Source of the DNA: Lepidodermella squamata
Taxonomy: Eukaryota; Animalia; Gastrotricha
Direction: 5' to 3'
Length of the DNA: 64,000 nucleotides
Assembly (NCBI GenBank): GCA_047495785.1
Contig: JBLDXI010000024.1
Span: 620,001-684,000, forward strand
In this document: piece after piece, positions 37,929 to 49,390 of the stretch
How the letters are laid out: each line of letters begins with the position of its first letter
How positions within the stretch are numbered: the stretch's first letter is position 1
Notes under the pieces: generated by a model
Told to the model about the DNA's origin: nothing
The model's input: the letters and a program-made list of their open reading frames with translations, nothing else
Database searches by the model: none
Made by a program: the position numbers and the translations under genes

Positions 37929-39798
37929 TTACTCGTCAATACTCAAAATTGCGTCGATTCGTTTGTAAAAACGGTCTCTTTCAACAGTCGTTTTCTCAAG
38001 AGATGTCGCATTGTTTTGATCTGTCAGATAATTCCCTGCCAGATTTCTCAGAAAGTTTCGCAGCTCATACCGGCGATCTAAAAGATTAGACGGTCATCAT
38101 GAAAAAATTGAATTAATAAATTATTAACAACCTGCTATCTTCGCGACAAGAGGTGTTTCACTGCTTTCTCTAGCCAACGAAACCGAAGACATGGAGAACA
38201 AAATTTCAACCGCCTCGAAAACCGCGAGTAGTCTATCGATTCCTCTAGGTATTTCGTTGGTCAACAACGAATCTAGCACAGCAGGGCACAAATTTTGACT
38301 AGCCGGGCATATCGCGACAAAAATACACAGCAAACTCTGACCGACAGGGTGCAACGGAGTTGGATCCGAGGAACTTGCCATCGAAGTATTCATATTAGCA
38401 GGATTTGTAGAACCCAACGACGCAACTTTCGCAACTCGGGCGCATCGAACTGAAAATTGGCGAAAAGGCGCCAGGAGGCGATTTGCAGTCAGCGATGATT
38501 GAGAAATTAGTTGCCTTAATAAACCAGCTAGGGTCGTGAGAGCGGTCTAAAAATGTCATATAAAATTGAAATCCATCCTAAAAACAATTTTATACCTCAA
38601 AATGCTGCTTCCTCTGAAGTCGCTCTTCCACCGCAAGATTTGACTTTTCAGTGACGATTTTCGAAAATATGAAAATTGTAGAGACAAACGAGACGATAGT
38701 TGAAGCACTTGATTCCGAACTTGGGCCATTGAGCGCCAGAAGCATTATTAGCGATGCGTGATACCATCGAATCGTTCGCAGTAAAAGAAAATCCAAATTT
38801 GACCCAAAATGTTTGCATTGAATCCAACTTTCTGTCACGCTTTGACAAGCCCATAGAAAACTATGGAGTGGCAAAGCTGAAAAATATATCATTTCAATGT
38901 CATGTGATAGGATTTTGCTCTTAACTAACCAAAAGGGTCTAGGGAGAATAAAATTGAGCAAGCACTCTGCGCTGGAAATATTTCCATGTCATAAAAAATC
39001 GAGGTTGACTTGTTTTCACCAAGTAGCATCTGATCGAGAATGAAAACAATCCGCTGAATTTCACTGATTTTCTTCATCAAATCAGACAGCGAATCTATGA
39101 TTCTCAGCCTCAGCTGAAGATTCGAGAAAGATCTACACGCCGAAATAAAATTCGAAAACGGCCCTTTTGACAACTCATTTATCATGTGATTGATTGAAAG
39201 GCCAGGTCCACTGCTTTCGATACGATTTGCGACTTCAATCACCAGACCTCGTAAGTAAATGTTGAACAACTCGTCCGAATTCGGTGAAGTCAGCGCTGGT
39301 AATAGAAGTCTCGCTTGAGAGTTGGGATCTTCAAAGCAGTTCAACAAAGAAATTGCCACGCATCGATAAGTTGCATGGCTCCAATCGATCGAAGAAACAT
39401 GATGCTGCCCGGTCAGTGCGATTGCAACGTAAGGGTAGGGTTGTAATCGCGAAAAATAATCGACTAAATCTCGGATAAAACGTTTCGCTAGTTTCCGCCT
39501 ACGATAAGCTGATAAAGTCGGTTTTGCGCCATACGCGAAATCATCATCATATCGAACCAAAGTTTCGCCAATTATCTGTTATTGCAAAATCAAGATGATT
39601 CATGTTAAAATTTTCGTTTATTACGGTGCTATTTATGCATTTGTGCCAATCTGATTCGGTGAAGCCAAAATTCCGAACAAAACTTTGGACTGGGTCCTTT
39701 TTCGCCGAACAGTTACTGATTGAAGTTCGAAGGGCTGAACTCAAGCCATTTGAAGAAACCGCATTTTTATACGGAGTCTTCACCCGCGGAGTCGCCAT
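37929..39798 (-). CDS. Divergent FANCC-like alpha-helical protein (~554 aa)
   Basis: Five exons (39798-39625, 39575-38930, 38876-38596, 38546-38132, 38077-37929) splice in frame. Motifs [54 protein letters not shown] and SLLCIFVAICP match FANCC segments in the same order (from memory). Confidence 0.55.
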
Positions 39799-39848
39799 AA
39801 ATGATTAAAAACACCTACAATTTTATTGAAATCATGCAATCACAATTG

Positions 39849-42800
39849 TCATTTAAATAGTAACGTGCAATATCTGTTGGTAGAAGATGAGTTCAAAACT
39901 TGGCGAAGGCTGTTAACATCACTTTGAGAGAACTGGCTCTCACTCGGTAAAATTAACTCTCGTAATGGTAAAATTGTTTTGTCACTCGGGTCCGCTTTAT
40001 CAGCCAACCGGTCGAAGACATCGATATCCAAGGGCGAACTGACGCCGGTTGAAGATAGGTCCAATCGGGCTAAATTTCGACAACGGCACAGATTTTGAGC
40101 TAACATCAGAAAACCTCGAGAGCCAAGACGGGGATTTGCTGATAAATCGAGGCTGGTTAAAGACCGGGCCTGGTTCAGCGAAACGGCTAAATCTTCGATA
40201 GAATCGTCATCAATGGCTAAACCATTACTAGACAGGCTCAAATCGGCCAAGTTGCACGTGTTCGGCAACGCGAGAAGTTGGGCAATAATTCGTGTGAATT
40301 GCCGATCTGGAACGCCCCGGCAAGATTTACCGCTTGGGTATAGGCCATTCAGCCTTAAAATGGTTAACTGATTACCCGGTAGGCAAGATATACCTCTGGT
40401 TAACAAAAACTCCAACCCGCCAGTCCGGGCTAAACCTAGGTTGTAACTCAAATCCAATTCAACGAGATCTCGCATCGATTGAAGAGCTTCACTTATCAAC
40501 AACCGATCGTGGCTGGCTGCTAATAACTGATCACCATCTAACTGGCATGAAACAAGCGATAATTTTCGTAAATTCGGCCCGAAACACCGCAAAATTGACG
40601 ACAACGATTCGGCTAAACGCTGATGATCCGTAGATTGGTTGAAATAATTGTAGCTCAAATTCAACTTTCGAAGCCGCAAAGCAGGCTTATTCAGCGCCTG
40701 AGAAATTTGCTCGAGGTCAGCGCTCGATAAATTACACAGCGACATATCAATTTCACTCAAATTCGGCAGGGTGGCTAATAAATCGGCAAAAGCCCGCGCC
40801 GTTGCGAAACGGCCCGACGAGCCAGACCCGTTGGGGCACCCGAATGACCCTAGCTTATTTCCACTCAGCTGCAGCAAGGTGATGTTAGCCTGGTGGAGCA
40901 GTGCCTTGAAAACGCAATGAAGTTGCGTGTTGGACAGCAAAAACTCGCGTAAATCAACTTTCCCGGTTTGTTCGGCCTGATTTAAGGCGGATAGAATCTT
41001 CGGATTATCCGAGCCACTGGGCAATAGTAAGTTCTTCGCGGATAAATAACGCTCCGATAGGGGCGGCAGATCCCATCGGTCGATAATGGCCAGTAATTCG
41101 CCGTGTTGCCTCGCTATCGGCGCTAGTCGAGAATCGTCAGCCAACGTAGTCCCATCCAACAGTCTCATAGCTGAAATAACCGGAGATTGGCCGAATAACG
41201 CCGCATAACGCAGCTTTGTTTCATGCCTCAAACGCTGAATATCCCACGATTCAGCCCCGATTGAATTAATCAGGAGAGATTCGCGTTTTCGGCCACCAAT
41301 TGCAGTAGGATCGTCTCGTTCTAAATGAATTCGAATCGTTAGACCGTTCTGATCAGCTGTATCGTAATTCGAGTTGATCGAAACTTGGCTTTTAACAGGC
41401 TGAGGCTTTTTCGAACTAGGAATGATGTCATCTAACTGCATGACGTTCTCAAAATCACGATCGTCGCTCAAAATATTTGATTTAGTCGAAGATTGGGATG
41501 AAGAAATCGAGTGAGGCTTTTTAGCTATTTTTGTCTGAGAAATTTCAGGTAGATCAGGTTCAGAGAACATGTTCAACAACGTCTGTCCATCGACATTTTC
41601 GTTGTCTCGAGCAGATGCCGCTAAAACAGCGGCCAGTAACTGGTCATTGTCAGTTTCATTTGACAATTTCGCTACGTTTTCTAGCGATTGTCTCGCCTGG
41701 CTTCGTTTCACCTGTTGCTGTCGTCCTTGTTTCTTGGCGCGATTTGTTGAGCCGCCTACGTCGTCAATTAGCCAATCGGCGTCTTCGTTAGCGATTTGCC
41801 GCTCGTCCGAGAACGGATTGCTGGCAACAAGAGCTCGCATAGCATCGGGTTTGCTTTTTCGCTTGCTTTTTGTGGTCGATTCTGAGTCAATTTCCTCGTC
41901 ATCGTCCGCAACTTTTCGCTTTCCAGCCTATAACAACAGGCGAATTTTAAACATGACCATGTGAGTATAAATTCTATCAATAAACACGGCTTACCTTGGC
42001 TGACCTGCCAATGCCACCGATAGCTGACTGGTACAAACTGACGGCATTAGCATCGCCACCCTTACTCGGCCTTCCAGCGACTTTCATCTCATCGCGGCTG
42101 TTTTCGTTCTCACTGTCCGATGAATCAGACTGCATTTTCCGTCGATTATCAATGCTTTTCACGGCCGAGATACTAGTATTCGCACTACTGACACTTGAAT
42201 TACTAAGACGATTCTGCGTATTAGCAGGTTGCTGAGTCATCTGGGTAGCCGAAAATGGATCGTTTGTCGGTTTTTTCTTCATTTTACTCAGAATTAGCGA
42301 CTCGATTTCCATCCAATCAGCCAAATCGTCGGAACACATGGCAACACGTTCGTTTTCCCGCCGACTCTCGCGCAGAAAATGCAACGCAGTTCTAGCTCGA
42401 TTGTCCTTCGCGTCACAATTCGCATGACCCCGATTTACTAACACTCGAACCACCCCGCGATACTCGGCCAAATGGCCATTTTTCGCTGCTTCCATCAACG
42501 GAGTCAGACCATTTATATCATTCGCAACATTCGCATCGGCTCCGTTTGCCAAAAGCAGCGAGACGATGGCGGCACTTCCCGCGTCAGCCGCGTCGTGAAT
42601 CGGAAACCAGCCAGTTCCATCGCGGACGTTAACAGGGTGACCAGATTTCAACAATTGTTCAGCCTTAGCGACTGAGGCAGTTCGGCAGGCGACGTGCAAC
42701 GGTGTTTCGCCTTTTTCGTTTCGTTTCAATCGAATCGGCTTGAAATCTTGCTTCGCTTTCGCACGCTCATTTCCCGAATCACGATCGCTGTTTTCATCCG

Positions 42801-44649
42801 AATCTTCATCATCAGACAAGTCGCTTTCAATAGACGAATTCAACTCGTTATTTTCATCGCCTGAACTTTGTTCTTCGATGCTAGCCTTAGCGGCTAGAAT
42901 TGCATCATTATCGATGCCGATTTCTTCGATTAAAAACTCGATTGAATTCTTCATATCCTGGTAAACTTGTTTCGCAGATTCGGTGGTTTCTGTCTCGATT
43001 TTGATGAGAATTTCCGCTAACCTGCGATTCAAGTCAGAACTAGCATAGCGTCTCGCGTCAATTTCAAGCCTAGAATATCTGTTAAATAGGTTCAAATTAG
43101 CCGTTTCAATGCTGTTATCGGTCGCGATTTCATACAGCCCAATTTTTACATTCGTCAAGTTGCTCGTTCTAATATTTGGAGAGCGGAAGGTTTCGTCCAG
43201 AAAATTTTCAAAGTCTTTACTTTCCGACTTGGTAGCAGCTAGCGAGTTCAAACAACGTCCAATTGATAAAATGATTCCAAGCTGAGCTTTGTCAAAAATA
43301 GCGGCGTTGTCAATTTTAGCTGATAGAAGGCCTTGCAAAGCTTGCTCGTATAGTTGCTTTGCTCGAGTGTATATACACTCATCAAATAACAGATCAGCCA
43401 TTTTTTCTAGGCGCTTCCACGCTTCTGGTTGGTTTGGGTCTTTTCTCACTTTTTCCCACATTTTCTTCAACCTAACACATGTTCGTTTGAATTCTGACGC
43501 CTTGGTTGACATTCCGCCTCCCTCGCTTCGCAACTCTTCGTCGTCATCCTCGTCGTCTTGCTCCAAATCATCGGCATATTCATTAGCAACTCGCCGACGC
43601 TTAGAGCGACTCGCGCCTGCGGGTTTGTCCTTCGAAGATAGGATTTTCAATGCGTCTGTTACTAACTGCACCGCCAATTTAAAGTTACATTCGCCAAGTG
43701 TCGCGTGAGCTTTCAGTAACAAAAATGTTGCGCAAATCTTGCGAGCTTTCACACGACTTCGGCCATCCGTGGCATCTGTCAACGCTTTTTCGGCCAAAAA
43801 AGCTCCGGAAGTTGCGATGTCCCATAATTTTCCAAGTTCCTGACTGATTTTGTACAGACCAGCCAACTCGTCATGAAGTTGTATCTGAAAGAAATTCACT
43901 TCGGAGCTGATCGAAACAGCTGAAGATGAATTTTGTTTGCCGCTGGGTAAAACATAGTCCTTAATAACTTTTAGCGATTTTTCCAGGCAAGCGATCGCTT
44001 TTCGAATGGCTTCATTGCGGGCTTCATCACGTGATAGAGTAATCAGGGCTATGTTGTATAAGCCTCGAGCCATCATGTGCCCGGCTTCAATGCGCCCGAC
44101 GCCTGAAGAACCATCTCCCGCGTTCGCAATGCTATCCGCCAGAAGCTGCTTTGCAACTTTCACAGATTTCATGGTATTAGCTTCAGCCTTATCCAGAGCT
44201 TTTAGCTTCAATTCTGATGACAGTTCACCGGTGATTGCGTAATCGTGGTACGTACAACCCAGTGTTGCCAATGCACGCTGCTCTTCTACTGGGAGACCCT
44301 TGGCAGCATCTAACAGTACACTGCAATGCGAAATTGATCATCATTAATCTAGCGAATTTTACTATTGTAAATATTGCAGAAATGAATCGCCTCGTCGAAT
44401 TTATGTTCTGCTTTGTATCGCTCGCCCAGGAATCGAGAAAGAAAGCATTTATCGATTTGGCACAATGCATTGAATTTTGTTTCATTTTTAAAAAGGTCCT
44501 TGAGGATGGACTTAGCTCGCTTCCACTCACCTATGATTTTCATGATCAGTTATTAATACATTCGAAAGAAAACAACAGCATAAAATACCTTTGTGAATGA
44601 GTTTGCGAGCCTCTTTCAAGCTACCTGATTCAACACAATATCCATCCAT
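39849..44649 (-). CDS. TONSL: Tonsoku-like (TPR, ankyrin, UBL, LRR)
   Basis: EEQRALATLG (TPR); RNEKGETPLHVAC and VNVRDGTGWFPIHDAA (ankyrins); WDLPPLSERY; C-terminal LRRs. Introns 44588-44531, 44362-44310 and 41994-41928. Confidence 0.92.
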
Positions 44650-45201
44650 CAAGGGTGCATATTTCAATACACTATAACGTCAACAATAAGGTATCTGTCT
44701 TTCCCGTCAAATATGAAAACATTAAAATAATAAATCCAGAAACACTAGCAAAGATTCAAATTTGGAACAAAGACAGATTTCAGGGTTATGGTGAGCAGTT
44801 AGCAAAACAGACTTTAGTACCAAAACCCATCGGAACCGTTATATGCGTTGTCTTTCTTTAGAAAATGCACTGATGTAGCTCGATCACATATATCCAAATT
44901 AATAGTGCGCAGCTATTGAGTTGAAAACTATTTTACTTTAAATCTGGCCTGAAAAACTACTACTTGCTGAGGTCAACTTCTTTCGATGAGATCGCTCGAA
45001 CGAAAAACGAAAAACGAAAAACCAATTTATTCTGAAATCTTTATACTTACGCTCGAAAAACAACATGTTTTCCATCAACACGATCTTTTGAAAATACCGC
45101 CACACGTCAAAATTGTGAACTTCAACTTAATAAATAAACACAGATTCAGATTCCACAAAATGCAAAACTTAAATTTTAGCCACTTTTATAAAAACAGCCA
45201 T

Positions 45202-45217
45202 CGCCGCGAAATTCAAA
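45202..45217. promoter_or_regulatory. CDE/CHR (E2F-DREAM) composite motif in the divergent TONSL / zinc-finger promoter
   Basis: CGCCGC-GAAA-TTCAAA matches SSSSSS-N4-TTYRAA, about 550 bp upstream of the TONSL ATG. Confidence 0.5.
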
Positions 45218-45876
45218 ATTGTCATGCCCCTGCACGAGAGGCGGCGGCTTCGTGTCACGTGATTGTCCTTAGTCCGTAACGTCTTGTGAGCATTTCGAGC
45301 GCCGAGCAAGCTTTTTCGCATGAGCACAAAGTCAAGCAAATGACTTCACTCGGGCGAATGAAAGGCGGGGGCTTCGATCTTTTGTGAAAAGCGGCGCTTT
45401 CAGTTTGGATTACGTTTCAAAAATGTCCCTTGAAATAAGTTTATTTGGGTCATATGACTACCGGCAGTCGGCTGCCCAAATTATTTGCGGCACCTATTGC
45501 CTCAACGACGTTCGCTAGAACCCTTGCTATGTAATAAACCACATTAATGGTTTTATTGATTGCCTTGTACCAAATACAGCTGCCTTCAAACTTGTTAACG
45601 AACAGGGATTGAATTTAAATTAACAGTTAGCACCATGGGTCGTGGTTTCCAATCGAAAGTCCAGGCGACACCTGTTGATTCCTTTAAACCTGCGTCCCCT
45701 CTAAGAACTGGGTGCTCAGTGGCGCCACGAACGTTTTGTATGTTAACTTTCCTCGTGCCATTCAAAAATCCACTCATTTGCCTATTTTCATCCTTTACTC
45801 AATACTTAATAATTGTCTGATAATAAGTCAGATTAATAATTGTTTGTTATTGTAGATCTTAATTTTACGAGGTGGT

Positions 45877-46677
45877 ATGGCCAAAGATGGATGCGATGAC
45901 ACCGATTTGTTTTCTCTCCCTTCTTTGAGCGAAGATTTTTACGACTTGATTGATAGCGAAATCTCGAACATTCCGGCCTCATCACTGATGAACGATCCCG
46001 CCAGTCTGAACGCACTGAAAACTGAAATTGTAACAGCTGTGGAGAACAGTGTAAAACGGCATCTTGACAATTTTAAACGCGAAATGATTGAAGAAATTAG
46101 GAGTTTGTGCTCTACCCCGAGTACATCAAATTATGCTCCCGTAACCCGTTATCCCGAATCGCCTGCTGCAACACCTTCCTCCATTGTTTTCGAACACGCC
46201 GAACAGCGACCATCTACCTCCGCTGGCGTGCACCAAGCCGCCGGCTTTTCTACTGCAAGTAACAGCAAGCGTCCAGCTGCCTCTGTGGTCTCTTCGGACG
46301 ACGAAATCTCAGTTACCCCGAAAGCAGCAGCGAAAAAAGTGAAACGCCGCATTTTGCCATCCGACGATGAAGAAGCAAGCCGATCTGCTGACAAAAGTGA
46401 TGATGAATCTTCGGTTGATGCAGATCCGAGTGATTTACGAGGCAGCTCTGATTCTGCTGACGACGTGGTCTACGACGAGGATGATTTTATTGTGGCCGAC
46501 TCTGATGACCCAGAGCGTCCATGCAGCGGCGGTCGACTCAAAAAGCGGACGAAGAAACCCATGACGAGATCTACGCCTGTCAAACTTTATCGCTGCAGAA
46601 CCTGCGACCAGGCCTTTGATACACCACAGAAGTTGGGAGCTCATGCGCGGAAGCACGGAAAAGGCTTCTGCAAGTAG
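45877..46677 (+). CDS. Uncharacterised acidic protein with N-terminal amphipathic/coiled helix and a single C-terminal C2H2 finger
   Basis: Intronless 266-aa ORF; YRCRTCDQAFDTPQKLGAHARKH; basic NLS-like clusters; AG acceptor at 45854-45855 upstream. Confidence 0.8.
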   Translation: MAKDGCDDTDLFSLPSLSEDFYDLIDSEISNIPASSLMNDPASLNALKTEIVTAVENSVKRHLDNFKREMIEEIRSLCSTPSTSNYAPVTRYPESPAATPSSIVFEHAEQRPSTSAGVHQAAGFSTASNSKRPAASVVSSDDEISVTPKAAAKKVKRRILPSDDEEASRSADKSDDESSVDADPSDLRGSSDSADDVVYDEDDFIVADSDDPERPCSGGRLKKRTKKPMTRSTPVKLYRCRTCDQAFDTPQKLGAHARKHGKGFCK

Positions 46678-46856
46678 CTGCAAATTTGAATCCTTTATAT
46701 ACTAACGTAAATGTGTAAATAGTTGTTTTATGAGCTGTGCAAAATCAATCATCTGAGATCCGATTCATATATTTACCTAATTGTTTTCCGGTTTTAATAT
46801 AAAATAAAATGTTAATATAAATGTCTGGTCCTGTTATTAATTTTCTAGGATTATTA

Positions 46857-47440
46857 ATGGGTGGTCGAAAAGGTTTCTTGGAAAAAGTTTGGCTTGGCTG
46901 CAAAAAGAGGAAACGGTCATCGAAAGTAAAAACCGTTTCTAGCGGAAAACGCTTATCGACAAGCACAGGAAGAAGTGAAGCTTATTCCACTCCCCAGCCA
47001 AGTATTGCTGACCGAAGTGAAACCAGTCTGTTTTCGGAGTGTGGCTGTTAGAAAAAATTAAGTAATTAATTCCAAAATTTACAGGTGAATCTTTTCAAAG
47101 CTGCCAAGTATCAGTGAGCTCCCAGCAGTCCCGTGAAAGAAATCCGGCTTCAAAATCAGACCAATTTGGTGTTAACGAGGTCCTTGCAGCTGTTGATCAC
47201 CGTGACCCGCAGGCCTTACTTGAGTCAGTCAAGTGAGTACTCAAAATTAATTTTTTTTCCGTTCGAAATTGGCGTTACTTGTTTTTTTTCAGGAGTGAAT
47301 TGGAAAAACGAGTCGAATCGCAAAACCAGGAGGCGATGAGTGCATTCGCTGCATACGAAGAGGCTGCGAATTTATTGGAAAAAGAAAGTACCACCCTCCT
47401 CACATTCTGTCGCAAATTTAATGGCGAAAAGCAGAAATAA
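46857..47440 (+). CDS. Uncharacterised small protein (basic N-terminus, helical C-terminus)
   Basis: Three exons (46857-47025, 47085-47232, 47293-47440; first donor tentative) give MGGRKGFLEKVWLGCKKRKRSS...DPQALLESVKSELEKRVESQNQEAMSAFAAYEEAANLLEKE...EKQK*. Confidence 0.65.
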
Positions 47441-47602
47441 CCAAAATTTATCCTTCTTTTCAAGTGCCTTTTTGTAACATTGCTGTTGATTCTTTACTGT
47501 TATTGGTTGAAATACTTTTTCTGAAAACTTACCTCAATTAACTGGCTTATTTTGCTCAAATGAATAAACTCGATTTATTACAACAATTAAAACTTTCATG
47601 TG

Positions 47603-48175
47603 ATTGCCATTTTAAGGTGAATTGATTTAGGAGCTGCGTGGGTGGATTGACAGCAATTTTTACCGAGCAATCACGCAAATCGGTGCGAGTCATTTTATTT
47701 TTATAAATCAGGGTGACACTATTCTATCAGCATAGGTGGCGCTGAACTTTTTTATCCTCGTCAGATGAAACAAAAAATCACATCGTTTAATTAATCGGTA
47801 CCCCATTCATTTCAGCTACGTCCAGACATGATGTCCTTTGCTCTTGACTGGGCCCAAATGTAAAAAGCACTCCTATTTTGACAAATCGACATCGAACCGA
47901 ATTCTCGCAAGCATTTTTCTAATCGCCGTTTCTAGATTCGGAGAAAATAAGATGATGAAAAAATATGTTATACAGGCTTCAACCTGTAATTGTTGTTGAA
48001 TTTCCTCCATCAATTGGTCGGCTTCCGCGTCATTTCCGCCGTTAGCTTGGGATCGCAGCAAAAGCTTCAGAATTCTTTCTGCCAATTAAAGATGAAAATC
48101 ATGTGAAGTTGAATCATTTGACCTAAAATTACTAACGGATTTTTTCACTGTTTGCTTCGGTTGAGCCGTTTTGCC
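47603..48175. repeat. Diverged direct repeat, copy 2 (contains most of prepropeptide B and its 3'UTR)
   Basis: Aligns by eye to 37265-37767. Confidence 0.9.
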
Positions 48176-48257
48176 CGTCAACCAGCGGGTTGGCAAATAC
48201 TTGAATTTGAATGCTACCTAATACCAGAGCCAAGTAAAGCAATGCAAATTTGTCCAT
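47812..48257 (-). CDS. Secreted prepropeptide, uncharacterised family, copy B (111 aa)
   Basis: Exons 48257-48137, 48078-47984 and 47931-47812: MDKFALLYLALVLGSIQIQVFA-NPLVDGQNGSTEANSEKIQRILKLLLRSQANGGNDAEADQLMEEIQQQLQ-KRR-LEKCLREFGSMSICQNRSAFYIWAQSRAKDIMSGRS*. Confidence 0.88.
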
Positions 48258-48297
48258 ATTTTTGTCTGCTGAAGCAAAATCCAACTTCAAGAAATAC

Positions 48298-48303
48298 TTT
48301 ATA
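48298..48303 (-). promoter_or_regulatory. TATA box of prepropeptide B
   Basis: TATAAA on the minus strand, an Inr-like TCAGCA about 25 nt downstream, then the ATG. Confidence 0.65.
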
Positions 48304-48954
48304 GGAGAATTGCATCTCCGTTGGGATTTTTATTCAATTTGACCGTGTTATCAAGAATTTACAGCACCCAAATGACGTTCCATTATACGGTAATTTTCAT
48401 TTCTTTTGTCCAATATATTACATTTTCGCGCACTGGAAAAAGTTACCGCCACGCGGTCTGTAATTTTTAGGTGCGTTGCCATGACCATTTACCAGCATAT
48501 TGCGACTGCACGAAATTCGCCCCCGCAGATTGCGGAGACCATCAGATATTCCGGATTGATCCCATGGTAATAATTTGTATCTCACGTGGGCTTCAACTGG
48601 ATCGCTAAAATTAGTCATTTTCGCGTCAAAATATCGACGCTGCCAGAGCGTCATTTATTAATCATTCAACAAAGCACAACTTTTGCTACTTAATTGCAAG
48701 TTCGGATAGTCGTCGATTTTCAGAATTTAACGATAAAAGAAAGATGAAATAATCCCTGCCTCTGGTGAAGTCGAATTGTAACCAGCGATCGGTAGATTTG
48801 AATAGAAATTTTGAAAAATGTATTGATTCAAAATTACAAAGGCTAAAACTCATCAAGAGCGTGAAATAAAAATCCTATGTGAGAGGCGACCAAATATGAC
48901 ATGTTGTAAAAAAATAAAAAATAGAAAAACTGCAGATACTAGGTACAGTCTAAA

Positions 48955-49390
48955 TCATCTAGTCAATTCTCCTCTCATGATTTCCTTGGCCAATGTTTGA
49001 GCCCAAATGTAGAATCCGATGCGGTGGTCGCATATTGCGTAGGATCCCAATGTTTCGATGCATTTCTCCATTCGTCTTTTCAGCAGTTCCAACTGAAGAG
49101 CGGCAGCCAAATTATCTAGCCCTTCAGAGCCTTTTCGTTTCAGAGTCATCGCTACAATTGAACCTGAGGAGAATGATATTGAAATACATTAGCAACTGCG
49201 GTTTGCTGATAAACTTACGTAGACGATCGATACCATGCGGAACCTTCCGCGCCTGAGGTTTGTTGCGGCCATTTGGTAAAACTATGTTATCGTCAGTATT
49301 ATTCCTGAAACTTATTTCGGTGATTGGAGCTGGAGAAACCACAGGGATGAAGGCGATTGCCAGAGACAAGAGTAAATTCAATCTGAGCAT
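48955..49390 (-). CDS. Secreted prepropeptide, uncharacterised family, copy C (126 aa)
   Basis: Exons 49390-49219 and 49163-48955 join two ORF-track fragments: MLRLNLLLSLAIAFIPVVSPA-P...TLKRKGSEGLDNLAAALQLELL-KRR-MEKCIETLGSYAICDHRIGFYIWAQTLAKEIMRGELTR*. Confidence 0.88.
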
